64,000 nucleotides of DNA from Eledone cirrhosa (GCA_964016885.1 OZ024742.1:72292001-72356000); one strand, 5' to 3'; positions 36,512 through 54,152 are shown, numbered from the stretch's first letter. The notes: a model not told the origin generated them from the sequence alone. Made by a program: numbers and translations.

Positions 36512-37443
36512 CAATACATAAACAGAGGAAGCCTTAAGCGATATTCCGACCAACTCCATCTCACTCAACAAACATTAGGATATACCTAAGTATTATCCCA
36601 ATTTAGTGTTTGGGGTGCTAACTAATCAGTATTTCGTGGATAGCTGGTTGTATTATTTTATATGAGACATTATTAAATAAATATCTCTTTCCTTCCAGAC
36701 GGCCGTTTCGTTATAAGATTTCTACAATTTGGGATAAATAATTTCCAGGTTATGTAGAAACTTGTATATAATCCATAGTTTTATACACAAGCGGGCTCCT
36801 ATAAACTAATCAGTGGATGCCCAAATAATATCGATATAAGAATTATATCGACATTAATAGAATGGTGACGGTCTCCCTCAGCGCTAAGAAGAGACTGGTA
36901 GATTAGAAAATCCAGCAGTCCTCCCAAAGATAAAATACACGCTGTCCCCAAAAGGGTAAAGGGAGGTCATCTTAAAATAAAACAATATACACGCTGGTCA
37001 TTTACACCTGTTAGGTATTAACCACGTGTATAAGAACTCAATTGGATATTAAAAGAATAACCATATGTATACACAACCAATGCACACACAGAGATATTAC
37101 AACATAATAAATACATGTATGGATCACCCATATACAAACATAGCCATTCTCTAAGGCTAAATCAGACATGGGATACAAGGAAGATCAATCAGTATTTCTA
37201 ATAATAATAAAGAAAGTCATACCTTATATCTGGAAATCATCAGGCCACCAAGAGTATATATTCAATACATAAACAGAGAAAGCCTTAAGCGATACTCCGA
37301 CCAACTCCATCTCACTCAACAAACATTAGGATATACCTAAGTATTATCCCAATTTAGTGTTTGGGGTGCTAACTAATCAGTATTTCGTGGATAGCTGGTT
37401 GTATTATTTTATATGAGACATTATTAAATAAATATCTCTTTCT
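36512..37443 (-). mobile_element. PLE terminal region with a direct repeat of about 180 bp and a hammerhead at 36694-36817
   Basis: 36512-36690 is repeated at 37263-37441. UCCA-CUGAUUA...GAAA-CGGCCG-UC-UGGA. Confidence 0.65.
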
Positions 37444-37449
37444 ATAAAT

Positions 37450-40400
37450 ATATATAACTCAAAATATTGCAAAAATAAATAGCAGAATTCTTAGTTATAA
37501 CCAACAGATAATTAGCGATAATGACAATATTAATAATAATAATACTATAGTTATAGAGAATAACAATAACATTAATTTAAGCACTTACAGTAGAACACCT
37601 ACAAATATAAACAATGATAATGCGAACAGTTTAGATTATAGAAATAGCATGAAATCGAACTGTAACTGTAGGAGAAAATCTGAATGCCCTTTGCAAAATA
37701 ACTGCCTATATAAGAATTTAGTATATAAATGTACCATTAAAGCAAATAATAATATTACCTACAACTACATAGGTGCAACTTCATCGAACTTAAAACTGAG
37801 ATTTTCCAATCATAAACATTCTTTTTCTAATCCGGATAAGAAATGTTCTACCCCTTTATCACAATTAATATGGTCTTTAAAAGAGAAACATATAAAATAC
37901 TCAATCTTTTGGACTAAACTTAGAAACTGTGAAGTTTATCGGAATAATTCCATCTCACCTAACTGCAATCTAGAGACTCTATTAATAATTGCTAATTATG
38001 GTAATTTAATTAATAAAAAAAAGTGAGTTATTCTCAAATTGCCTCCATAAATCTGCAACAACATTTCAAGCATCACATAAATTTAGGGAAAAACATTGAC
38101 TGAGTGAGAAAAGATGACTCTTATTAATAATTCTTGTAATGCTTCTATTATTGATATTATTGATATTGTCTATAATGTCTCTATCTCACCTTAGGAAATG
38201 CATACCTGTTCTTTAAAAGAGTATGATAATTTCTTGATTGGTTAAATACCTTTAGTTTCGATTTAGATTCCTCTATTTTATAAATTTGAGATCTGTAATA
38301 TCTTCAAACTTTCAAACAGTTTAATTAATTTAAACGTTTGGATACGTCGTACGAAGTTATTGTTTACATTTATCGTGTATAAGTTTCGTTTTATCTAAAT
38401 TGATTAATAATCTGTATTTAACTTGATTTATAGTATTGAATACAGTAAAATTTGGTTGAATTGAAATATTAATTCTCTCAAGTGTAAATATAACTAATAA
38501 TTAATCCTATATGTAATTGACAAATATCGATTTAAATAGTATTGTTTATATAAAATGCTAATACAGATGCTAATATCTAAGTAAGTTATGTTTAATAATA
38601 TCGTATTTACTATATTTGTAAGCACCATTGTTAGTTAATAATATTTTGAATTTTGAATTTTAAAACTAAATTATTGAATGTATTTACTAATTTAAATATG
38701 CTCCAGATTATCTTTGAAAATATGTTATATTATCTTATATTACTTTATATTGTTTTAATTTTGATATAATATAATAGTATAATTTCTTTCAAATATTATA
38801 GAGTAAAAATGTCACGGTATTTAATTGATCGTTTCTACCTAACTTAATATTTGAAAAAAAACGGTCACGCATCATATACCTCTATTCTCCTTATGTAATT
38901 ATTTTATACCATCTATATCTCCCTTTCTTCGTTTTTATCTTCATCTCGCTATCTTTTCCTTTTCTCCTCTATTTAGCTCTCTCTCTCTCATTTGTTTTTT
39001 TTTCTCTAATACGGATATTTACATATTTAATTATTTAAATATTTAACAGTTATGTGTTTATGTATTTTACTTATCTATATATATATTTATTTTATTTTTT
39101 TCTACACGTTTTCCTACGTACCCTCTCAATTATATGTAGTTTGTCATGTTACTACTTATGGCATATAAATATTGAGTTTTGTCATAACTAATCATTGCTA
39201 AGACTGGAATTGAACCATCAGCACAGTTGAGGTATGTCAGTCATCAATTTATTTTATCTTGTAGTGACCTACATTCCGCGGGCTCACATACATTCTCTGT
39301 GCGTGCTTTGGCTCAGTTCAGCCAATCAGCGCCAGTAGAAGAGGATGTATCCCTACGCGCCCTGAGGAAGAAATTCCCCGCGAAGGTTTGAAGAATCTCT
39401 CTCTTGTACCAGAAACTTCGAACCAGCAACACGCATAATGTAACGGTGAGATATTGCACCCTAGCCTCGCAGGCTTTTCGGCGCAATGGCACATTCCCTT
39501 TTGTAACCTTTTTATCTGTAACTTCAACCATATAAGTTAACAAACATTGTTTGTGCTACATCAAAAATAAACATACATTTCATCTCTAATTTCTGCTGTT
39601 GAAATCATTGTTATGCTACTCGTGTCTCAATAACATCTATAATCCATGCTGCTGGAATTGGCGACCTGACGAAAGGAATATTGTAAATACTAAGATGGTA
39701 AATAGATCGAGGGACCTTCCCTCACGTCTATGTCGACAAGATAATCCAACGAGGATACTATCACTTACCACACTGGCAACTAACGACCTTCAATCATCTA
39801 TCCTGTTAAAGTGGCGACTATTCAACTTCCATACTGCTAAAGTGGTGACCGACGTAAGAATTTAACGCAGCCCTTCTTTTTTATTCAGTTGAACTTTTAT
39901 TGCCACGTTGCCAACCTTTTCGCAACTTGCGAAAATACAATATATTCCTTTCAAAATTTTTTTTTTGGAAAAATTAGCAGTATTTCAAAAAACTTTTCGC
40001 CACGAGGGAATTTCAAAATGGCTACCGACAGGTCCTGTCTACAATCAACAACAACGACAGCAGCAGCAGCGACGGCATTGTTTAACCACTGACCAAAACA
40101 GGGAATAGTGAGTGGCAGCTTCATAGCCTTACCGACGCAAACCACCACACATCGGAAATTTCAAAACGGCTTGTAACTTTACCGACGCAACCACCATACC
40201 TTCTGTCTCGTTACCACGGGGACTCGAGAAATTGAGACAGTAGTTTTCTCACCATTATGGCGTCAGACGTGGCTGCCATGTTGGACTCTGGGTTCTTCAG
40301 CGCTTGACTGCTACTCTACAGAAGATTCATTGACTTTGCTTTAACAACAAAATCTTATGTCACACAGGGTGGCAAGACGGTAGAATGGCTACGAAAACTC

Positions 40401-42166
40401 TCAAAAACACCATACATCTAACCCCTACCGGCATTAACAAACTTCTTTTTCAGTTTTCAGATAGAACTAGTGTCAGAAAGTCTGTACACTGGTGATGTGT
40501 GAACTATTTGACTTTGAAAAACTTTGAACTTATTGAGTAATTTCTCTGCTCCCTTAGATTGACTTTGAATTATCAGTTTGTTACATTCACATATTTCTTT
40601 GTAGAATGCATTTACTTGTTTTGTGCTCTTTTGCTATTTGCTTGCTCATGGTTTTTGTTCATTCACATTCTTTGCTGTTTTACATGCCTGCATATGCACA
40701 CATTTTTTTATCACACACCAACATGTTTTTCTTGGTATATGTTCTTCAAACGTAATATTCTGCGAGTGCCTTTTCACCTGGTTGAGGTGCTGTCACATGC
40801 TAGCAGCTCACAGAGCTTAATCCACTGGATTCAAACAGGCACCGCAACACGAGAATACTAATTGCAGCTGAACTCAAACAGCTTCGCATCTCGTTGCACA
40901 CTGATCGTCCATGACGGCCATCCGTCTTGTTGTTTTTGCCCGACTCGCTGGGAAAGCAACAAATTGAACTGGACTTGTCAGCATTTCAGCCACTTCTGTG
41001 GATTCGCCCGAATTATGGAATTTACACTGCAACCCACCTACAGATTAAACTTGCCTTTTTTTTTCTTTACAAAGCAACCAGCCATTTTTTCCTGGCTCCA
41101 CAGCACATTCGACAATACATCTGGGGGCCATCATTTTCTCGCCAGCACTGGTAAACTACCATAATAGCTTCGTTCACAGCTACTGGTACAACGCTTACCA
41201 TTAACATTTAATGCAAGAACAGCAACTTCGCCCATGTCAGACTTTATCTGTTTTCTGGTAGGCCCTTGAGGGTCTCGTTTAAACTACAAAACAGCTAGTC
41301 ATTTGACAGCGGCTCAACGCGGCCCGTCGCGCCTAATTTTTTTTGTTCTTGCATGAATCTTTCTGCTCAATTATTTTTTCACTGATGTGCTCTTTCAGCA
41401 TTTGTTCTTGCTGATTCAATGATATGTGGGTCCTTGGTTTCTTCGTTATCGATTTTCGGCTGAAAATCTGCTCGGAGGTGATGTAATGAACTACATTCCG
41501 CGGGCTCACATACATTCTCTGTGCGTGATTTGGCTCAGTTCAGCCAATCAGCGCCAGTAGAAGAGGATGTATCCCTACGCGCCCTGAGAAAGAAATTCCC
41601 CGCGAAGATTTGAAGAATCTCTCTCTTGTAGCAGAAACTTCGAACCAGCAACACGCATAATGTAACGGTGAGATATTGCACCCTAGCCTCGCCGGCTTTT
41701 CGGCACAATGGCACATTCCCTTTTGTAACCTCTTTTTATCTGTAACTTCAACCATATAAGTTAACAAACATTGTTTGTGCTACATCAAAAATAAACATAC
41801 ATTTCATCTCTAATTTCTGCTGTTGAAATCATTATTATGTTACTCGTGTCTCAATAACATCTATAATCCATGCTGCTGGAATTGGCGACCTGACGAAAGG
41901 AATATTGTAAATACTAAGATGGTAAATAGATCGAGGGACCTTCCCTTACGTCTATGTCGACAAGATAATCCAACAAGGATACTATCACTTATCACACTGG
42001 CAACTAACGACCTTCAATCATCTACCCTGTTAAAGTGGCGACTATTCAACTTCCATACTGCTAAAATCTGATGAGGACGTACTGAGGAAACAGCACAGTA
42101 CCTCTGAAATATATATAATAAAATATATTTGATTACATGAATGTCTATATTTATTAATATTTTGAA

Positions 42167-42170
<4 letters not shown>
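37450..42170 (+). mobile_element. Hydra-like PLE 3' part (GIY-YIG, AT-rich UTR, pLTR) interrupted by an LTR element
   Basis: ORF 37649-38026 reads CNCRRKSECPL...LVYKC...YIGATS..LKLRFSNH. The hammerhead is split between 39252-39259 and 42066-42123. Confidence 0.75.
39260..42065 (+). mobile_element. Non-autonomous LTR retroelement (probably Gypsy-derived)
   Basis: LTRs of about 580 bp at 39260-39841 and 41482-42065, both starting TGTA. PBS tggtgaccgacgt at 39843 is tRNA-Trp-like. 4-bp TSD ATCT at 39256-39259 and 42066-42069. The 1.6-kb interior has no long ORF. Confidence 0.88.
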
Positions 42171-42214
<44 letters not shown>

Positions 42215-42221
<7 letters not shown>

Positions 42222-42682
42222 AAATCAAAAGATGGTTAAAAGAGTTCCATGTATTTTATTATGCGCATTACAAAAACAAATATCATCATGGGATGATATT
42301 TGCGTTCTCATCAGATAAAATAGGGAGACATGATATGAAGCTTAAAAAACACTTGCGAGCAGTGAAGTGTTAAATCAACATATGTATTGAAATGTCTAAA
42401 ATTTCGTATAGTTTTCGTCATAATGTAAGCAGTTTTAGAAAACAGATATACAGACACACAACTCGTGTGTGTGTGTATATATATAATATACATCTTCGTA
42501 TATTTTGCTTAAACTTTAATCTGTTATTTTAATAAATATATATATATTATATATATATATATACGTTTACGAAGATGTATATTATATATATACACACACA
42601 CGAGTTGTGTGTCTGTATATCTGTTTTGTAAAACTGCTTAGATTATCACGAAAACCATACGAACTTTTAGACATTTCAATAT
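42215..42682. repeat. pLTR of the 35.7-kb family plus a fold-back
   Basis: 42215-42385 resembles 35740-35910, with hammerhead GAAA changed to GUAA. Inverted arms at about 42386-42500 and 42568-42681. Confidence 0.75.
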
Positions 42683-43238
42683 TTCTTTTTCCACCACCAT
42701 TACTACTACCACTACAACCACTAATAATAACACATACACACATATGTATGTGATCTGATTCGTCGAAAGTTTCTTCAATCTACGATAGATCTAGACATCC
42801 TTCTCTCGCTCTCGCTATTACATACATACGTACATGATTGCTGCCCCCTCGTTATCAAGTAATGCCATTGCACTGTATACCATTATTAATAATTATTAAT
42901 TAATTCTATCGTGCAATGCCTGTGCGTGAAGATATTTTTTAAAGTGAGGAAAGACTATGCACTGAACCAATCCTACTCTTTGAGCGACAGTAGCTATCAC
43001 CCGAAAAGCAGAAAAGATCAATATCATCGGTAACTACTGAGCCGCAGGTTTTATATCGGAGTTATCCCAGTTTCCTGAGTTGCCTTCTCCTAGAAGAATG
43101 CCCTGACAAAGGCTAGGGGTCCGTCACTCACAGTGGTTTAACCGCGCGGTACATGTGTATATGTAGAAGAACTCATAGGAGTCAACGGCCATCCAAAAGT
43201 GCAGTCAGCTTATTAATATATCAACTATCATTACTTAT

Positions 43239-43412
43239 GCAGTATCGGTAGAGAGTCGGACACCATGCTTTCCAGCATAGTTACGTCTCTTTACGGTCTG
43301 AGTTCAAATCCCGCCGCGGTTAACTTTGCCTTTCATCCTTACGGGGTCGATAAAATAAAGTACCAGTAATGTACTGGGTAATTGCTGGCCTTGTGTCAAA
43401 AGTAGAAACAAT
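43239..43412 (+). mobile_element. SINE (same family), 5'-truncated
   Basis: Same core sequence, flanking repeat attacttat. Confidence 0.8.
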
Positions 43413-43464
43413 TACTTATACATACGCATATACGTGTGTTTGTTTGTACATACACACACACACG

Positions 43465-43520
<56 letters not shown>

Positions 43521-43523
<3 letters not shown>

Positions 43524-46500
43524 TTTCTGAATTTGTTTAGCAAGATTCTTTATCTGAAAACGTGTGTTGAAACCGATATTGTTATACTTTGGGAGGGTCA
43601 TGTTGCCAATAAGAAACACACGCACCAGTTGCTTTCATTTCAATTTATTATTATAATAAATTTATAAATTTAGGAATTTATAAATTTCCGGTTGGTTGGT
43701 TGGTTCCACAACCAGATGGTTGTTTATATATTGTCAAAGTTCTTTCGTCACACATTATGTGACCTCTTCAGTGACTGGGGATTCTTTTCTTTGTTTTTGT
43801 GCCTATCCTTTGTTCTGTCCTACGCCATCTTGTTTCTGTGTGTGTGTTGTGTGCTCAGTCTGCGCATGCTCCACATCTGGGTGTCTGTGTTTATATTCGT
43901 TTATTTATTTGTTTATTTACATGATACAGGTTGGTTGTTTGTTCTATGTATGTGTGTTTTCATTTTGTCCTTAATTGTAAGTTGTGATGTTGCTGTTCCA
44001 CTCATGTTTTCTATTTAATTTTGGTTGTAATTCTTTTATGTTTATTGCCTCTGTGATTTGTCTAAACATTGCGTCTTTTCTGTGTGTAGATTCTATTTTT
44101 ATTTCTATGTTCTCTAATTTACCCTTATGTTCTATTTTAGCATGTTGGTAGAGTACAGATGATTCTTTACTATCTTGAAGGTCTCGCCAGTGTTCATTTA
44201 TCCGTTCCCCTACACTACGAGCTGTCTCACCTATGTACACTATATTTTTGTCTCTACATTGTCCTTCAGTACATCTTATGCTATATACTACATTTCTAGT
44301 TTTACAGTTAATATGGGGGCTTAATTTACAGGTTATACATTTCTTATCTATACAGGGGATCTTTGAAAAGGATATGTCTTGCTAATAAGTGTTTTTATGG
44401 AGGTACCTAGTCTTTCTACTATCTTAATATTGAGTTTATGTTTATCTAGGGCCCTTCTAAATTTGTAAGCTAATTCACCTCTAGGGGTTGCATCGATGAA
44501 CATTACAACTCTGGTATTTATTGCTATCATACCATGAGTTTCTATTAGCCTTATTCCTAGTTCTTTCTATTCTATTCCAAAAGTTGCTCCTATACAAGGG
44601 GCAGGTCCCATTTGTGTCATTATTTACCATTTTTTCCCATTTGGTTCTGGCTCCTCTATACACTCTGATTTTATCTCTCTGATTGTAACCAGAGAACTGC
44701 ATACGGTGGATGAAGTGTTGTATGTGTCTATCTAGTTCTTCGAGGTTGCACATGCGGGACACGTTTCTCATCACCCGTACCAAATCCGCAATCAGTATGT
44801 TGATTTTGGTATGGTCCGAAACAGCTGAGTTTCGGTGGATCAGATATTTGGAAGTCATGGGTTTGGCATAATGGGAATGGAGGATTTGTTTTTTGTTATT
44901 AATGGTATCTAACCAGAGCTCTGTGTCTAGTACAGGTAATCGATGGTTGGGGTGTTTGCTTGGGTAGTCTATAGTAACTCTAATACTCTGGTGGATGGAG
45001 TTAGCTATTTGCTGGATGCTTTCCATTGTGGTTTTCTCTAATTCCTGACTGTTCTCTAGTGGGGTGTTTTTACTACGATGTTTATATCATCAACGTAGCG
45101 GGAGTACATTATCAGGGTTAAGGGGTCTTCTAATTGTTCTTTAAGTTTAAGTTTAAGTCTACTGTCCCACCATACCATGAATAAGTTAGCTATCTCGCCT
45201 GCAAACTAACACCAATGGCAGCTCCCTCCTCTTGGGCATACGTTTTTCCATTAAATTTGAACATATGTTCCTTAAGGATTAATTTTATGCTGGCTCTCAC
45301 CGCATGTGCAATCATTTTCTTTAGTTCATCCTGGTTTTCGGGGGTCTGTATGGCTCTGGTCCACCCGTTCCATCTATCTGTGTGGGTTTTCTTGGCCATT
45401 GAGGTAATGGTAGGTGGTCTGCCTTTTGCTGGTCTTGTAGGGCACAGGTTGCTGAGGTCATATGTGTCTAGATAATTATTACTATAGGTAAGTTTAAGTA
45501 GGAGTCCCAGCTCACTGGTATCAATCCCACGGAACTCAACATTGCTCTCACTGATCATTTCTACGCATTTCTCCACAGCAAAATCCACGTCAATAGATGG
45601 ATACAGAGACACAACATCCATACTACCTATTATGCAGTTTGTTAGGTCCCTAGATCGGTTACTCTCGCCGATTCTGCTGAGGAGGTCCTCCGTGCTGTCA
45701 CATACATCTGGGGACATTTCAATGATGGGACGTATGATCAGGGAGAGGATGTAGGACAGTCTGTAGTTACTAGCAATGTTAGCTCCACAGACTGGCCGTG
45801 TTGGTGGTCCCGTGACAGGGTCACTGCCCGTTTTATGGTCTTTTCGAAGCCCATACAACGCTGGCACGTCATTGTTCCAGGCCTGGAAGTTGTTGGCAGT
45901 CCTTTTGTTGGGCTGCATTATATTTGTCCACATCACCATATCGACATTGAGGGCTTTTTCTCTATCCTCGTGCTCTTGTGGTGTTACTTCTCTTGTGTTA
46001 GTGATGTGGGGTTGCGTTGCCTGGATGTAGTTTGGCAGACTGTCAACCGACATTCTGCCAGACTTGTCTGTTGGAAAGCATGCTATCTCCATTACGCGAG
46101 CATGAGTTTACGCAAGCCATTTGCAGATTTTTCTCCCAGTTGCTGGGCCTCCATTCTATTATGCTTCTTGCTATACTGTTCTATAATATTTCTAAGTTTA
46201 GATCTAGCTATACTAAATTGTGCTTCTGTTTGTTCATCGACCTGCGACGGCAATCGCGTGCGTTTGTTAAAAGCTAAAGTCGTGGCGTGGACTCGTCGCA
46301 GGTCGAACGACTTATCGGAGGGATTATAAAAAGTAGAGTTCCAGGCTGCTGCTTTATGTGTACTAGTGCTATTGTTATTGTTAGTTGTATTGTTTCTATT
46401 TCTATGGAAAGCATCCAGCAAATAGCCAGCTCCATCCACCAGAGTATTAGAGTTACTATAGACTACCCAAGCAAACACCCCAACCATCGATTACCTGTAC

Positions 46501-47820
46501 TAGACACAGAGCTCTGGTTAGATACCATTAATAACAAAAAACAAATCCTCCATTCCCATTATGCCAAACCCATGACTTCCAAATATCTGATCCACCGAAA
46601 CTCAGCTGTTTCGGACCATACCAAAATCAACATACTGATTGCGGATTTGGTACGGGTGATGAGAAACGTGTCCCGCATGTGCAACCTCGAAGAACTAGAT
46701 AGACACATACAACACTTCATCCACCGTATGCAGTTCTCTGGTTACAATCAGAGAGATAAAATCAGAGTGTATAGAGGAGCCAGAACCAAATGGGAAAAAA
46801 TGGTAAATAATGACACAAATGGGACCTGCCCCTTGTATAGGAGCAACTTTTGGAATAGAATAGAAAGAACTAGGAATAAGGCTAATAGAAACTCATGGTA
46901 TGATAGCAATAAATACCAGAGTTGTAATGTTCATCGATGCAACCCCTAGAGGTGAATTAGCTTACAAATTTAGAAGGGCCCTAGATAAACATAAACTCAA
47001 TATTAAGATAGTAGAAAGACTAGGTACCTCCATAAAAACACTTATTAGCAAGACATATCCTTTTCAAAGATCCCCTGTATAGATAAGAAATGTATAACCT
47101 GTAAATTAAGCCCCCATATTAACTGTAAAACTAGAAATGTAGTATATAGCATAAGATGTACTGAAGGACAATGTAGAGACAAAAATATAGTGTACATAGG
47201 TGAGACAGCTCGTAGTGTAGGGGAACGGATAAATGAACACTGGCGAGACCTTCAAGATAGTAAAGAATCATCTGTACTCTACCAACATGCTAAAATAGAA
47301 CATAAGGGTAAATTAGAGAACATAGAAATAAAAATAGAATCTACACACAGAAAAGACGCAATGTTTAGACAAATCACAGAGGCAATAAACATAAAAGAAT
47401 TACAACCAAAATTAAATAGAAAACATGAGTGGAACAGCAACATCACAACTTACAATTAAGAACAAAATGAAAACACACACGCACATAGAACAAACAACCA
47501 ACCTGTAACATGTAAATAAACAAATAAATAAACGAATATAAACACAGACACCCGAGTGTGGAGCATGCGCAGACTGAGCACACAACACATACACAGAAAC
47601 AAGATGGCGTAGGACAGAACAAAGGAGAGGCACAAAAACAAAGAAAAGAATCCCCAGTCACTGAAGAGGTCACAGAATGTGTGACGAAAGAACTTTGACA
47701 ATATATAAACAACCATCTAGTTGTGGAACCAACCAACCGGAAATAATAATAAATTGAAGTGAAACGACTGGTGCGTGTGTTTCTTATTGGCAACATGACC
47801 CTCCCAAAGTATAACAATAT
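43521..47820 (-). mobile_element. Nematis-like Penelope element with a 1.4-kb inverted duplication of its 3' part
   Basis: Minus-strand RT at 45190-46092 (PTDKSGR, LYGLRKDHK, SMDVVSLYPSI, GAAIG, then YVDD near 45090) and GIY-YIG at 43971-44340. Arms 43576-45026 and 46404-47820 are inverted. Hammerheads at 43733-43775 (-) and 47657-47699 (+). The clade call is tentative. Confidence 0.88.
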
Positions 47821-47838
47821 ATATATATATATATATAT

Positions 47839-47957
47839 AGTGAAAAATTGAACGGGAACAAAACAGAGAGGCAGTACGAACAAAGGTTTATTAGTTCCAC
47901 GCTCTTGAGAGTGGGGTGGTGGTGGGGAACGACATTTCGGGCATAAGCCCTTCTTAT
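47839..47957 (-). mobile_element. Solo 3' end of the Neptune-like pLTR
   Basis: Reverse complement matches 16338-16450. Confidence 0.8.
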
Positions 47958-49007
47958 ACATACATCACTACCCTAGCTATGACGGCGTTTTTTTTATTTA
48001 TGTATTTTACTTTTTACTTTATTAATGTATCTTTGTATCCTGCTTTTATTTATTTGTGATTTTCTGCTTATTATTCCTTACTCAGGTCTTTCATACTTCC
48101 CTACCCACCAAAGAACCATACTACTTATAACCCGGACTAACTGGGACTTTAAAATATTTATAGTCTATTTTCATTGGGTTTTACCACTTTCAACTGATGT
48201 GGTGGCTTTCCTGGTTGTGCGCCGGGCGCTCGGGAAGTTCAGCCTTCCTTGAGTGCTTGGAAAAATAAATTTCCCCTCTTTCGGTAAATGAAATTACTCG
48301 GAACGGTTGGATTTGCCTCGGGGCCCGCAGCGCCGCCTGTTTTGACCGCCATATTATACTTATACCTATAAACTCTGGGCTTAGGCATAACTGTTAGCTG
48401 TATCATGCCTCCCTCTACTGGCACGTAAATAAACTCCTCCTGTGTGAATTAATAGTATTCGTTTGGTATAGACGATGGCCTGTCGAAGATGGTAGGCTTC
48501 CCGCTAACACACCCGGAGCCTATGGCAGTCACGTTCCTAGAGTACTCGGAAAAATTAATTTTCCATTTCTTTCGCTAGACGATACCACTCGTAACTGGCT
48601 GACACGTGGTTAAGAGGTGCTGGCTGGGATTTACAATCGAAGGCTTTAATATTTACTCTATATCCCACCTTGATAACTTATAGGGATTCCCAATAATACA
48701 CTTAAACTTTTTCATATAAGACTCTCTCTGTTGTTTCATTAAATAAATCCCGCAACACAAACCTTTAATTTTCTATTAATTTTCTAATTATTTTAAAAAT
48801 TTCTTTTAACTCTTAATTTTTTAAACTTTTAATTTAATTTCATCCTTTAACTCTTAACATAAGTTAACGTTCCAATTTTCTGTTCACACATTTGACCATA
48901 CAGACACCCATTATATATGCCTTTGTTAAAATATAGGTTCTTTGGAATAACATTTTTCGCGGCGCTTTCTTGCCTGACTGTAGTGTGACCCTTACGCTGA
49001 CTTTTCT

Positions 49008-49044
<37 letters not shown>

Positions 49045-49240
49045 TCTTTTTTTATTCTTTGACGGAGAGGTGGTAGTACATTATAAGCCTTCACCCCTTC
49101 ACCAGATGGTTATTAGTAGACCGAATAGCCATCACTTGAGGGCGACTGACCGAGGTGATAACAGCTACTTGGTCAGTCGTCCTCTCTGTCTCTTATTTTC
49201 GGACCCATGGATTTTTATATATTCCTGTCTTATATTTCAA

Positions 49241-49298
49241 ATACCTGATGATATCACCGGATTCATACGGAACCCGGTCATTGAAATGATCATAGTAT
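49241..49298 (+). ncRNA. Hammerhead ribozyme
   Basis: AUAC-CUGAUGA-..ACCGG...CCGGU..-GAAA-UGAUCA-UA-GUAU. Inverted family copy at about 56808-56865. Confidence 0.75.
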
Positions 49299-49485
49299 AA
49301 TAAACTTTTCAAGGATTTACACCAGTCCAGCCTCCTGTTATTCATAATAATTAATTCCGTATTCGCACCACCAACTACACAAACGAAGACGGGTGAACTG
49401 CACTACGTTGAGTACTTTCCATAATATTGCATCAAGATTGACCATACGGAATGACCAATTCTATCCGGTGGTGAACCAACAAACC

Positions 49486-52845
<3,360 letters not shown>

Positions 52846-53029
52846 TATGTATAATGGTTATTGCCATGGGATTTACAATTTGCACTCTGCTACCCTACAT
52901 ACTACTCTCAAAAGTAAACAAGAGTTAAATCTTAAATAACGACCAAATTAGGTCATGTTTATGTAGGTGTGTGATTTAGTAGTTAGGGTAATCGTGATTT
53001 CGATTCGCGACGAAAGATATTCCCTGTGT

Positions 53030-54152
53030 AATAATCAAAAACTCACACCCAGGGAAGTCGCTCAGCAGTATCGCAGTGAATCTATGGATGAAAAACTACA
53101 AGCTTATCAGCAAAAAATCATGCATGGATATGTTGTCAGGAAGCTCCAAAGTTAGAGTAATATAGACAAAGAAAGTAGTCTATCTTGGACTAACAACCGC
53201 TATATTGGCTCCCATTTTGAAGGATACACTTTTGCAATCCAAGAACAGGAAATCAACACGAAATACAAAAGAGATAGGGATGCAGGCAAAACACCTAGAT
53301 GTGATAACAAATGCAGACTCTGCAGAATTAACATCGAAGATGCCACCCATGTCATAAGCAGCTGTCCAAAGATGTCATTGCGGTACTATCTACCTATGAG
53401 GCATTATGTAGTGGCCAAAACACTGTACAATGCAATCCGTAGAAAAGATAGCCCCGATAATAAACACATCAAAAGCTACAGCAATGTGGAAGACATCCAT
53501 ATACATAATATGAAAGAGTACTGGTGGAATGTTCCAGTAAAAACCCCAATAAAATGCAGGCATAACAGACCAGATATTATGATATTGGACAGGGAAAAGA
53601 AGGCATGCACAGTAGTGGAAGTTAGCTGCCCAGCAGATACCAATATAATATCAAAGTTTAGCGAAAAGGAGAATATTTATGCAGAACTGATGAGAAATCT
53701 GCAGATACTCCACCCTGATTACACCTTCAGATTTATGCCTGTGATTATTGGGGCACTGGGGTATGTTAGTAACTGACTCAATACAAATCTTGAGAAGCTA
53801 GGCTTCACAGGAACAGAAAGAACACAACTAGTTAGGAAACTACAAGTACAATCCATTAATGGAACAGTAAAAATATCTAATACATTCCAAAAATGTTGCA
53901 TCTAATAACTGCATAGATACATGTACAGATACAAAGCATATACATATGCACACATACAACTCAAAACATACACATCCACACATACAATAACACCCATACC
54001 TACATATCCATGCATGCAGACATGCATACATATCTACCTAGTTGATGTTGTGTAAATTCCAATGAGAGAGTCTTGCGTCTATGTTAGAAACCGACTCTCT
54101 CTCTATTGGCAAAAACTGTGAAATTATAAAACCAGAAGAACATTCATACATA
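53030..54152 (+). mobile_element. R4/Dong-like non-LTR retrotransposon 3' part (restriction-like endonuclease)
   Basis: FAIQEQEINT, CRLCRINIEDATHVISSC, RH, HNRPDI, VVEVSCP, EKENIY, PVIIGALG. Partial second copy at 54160-54347 and a matching 3' end at about 30035-30065. Confidence 0.85.

Noticed and set aside
45030-46400. PLE with an N-terminal endonuclease or selenocysteine recoding
   Set aside because: Wherever domain order can be seen in this window, GIY-YIG is C-terminal to RT, and the disruptions are mainly frameshifts, not conserved UGA codons.
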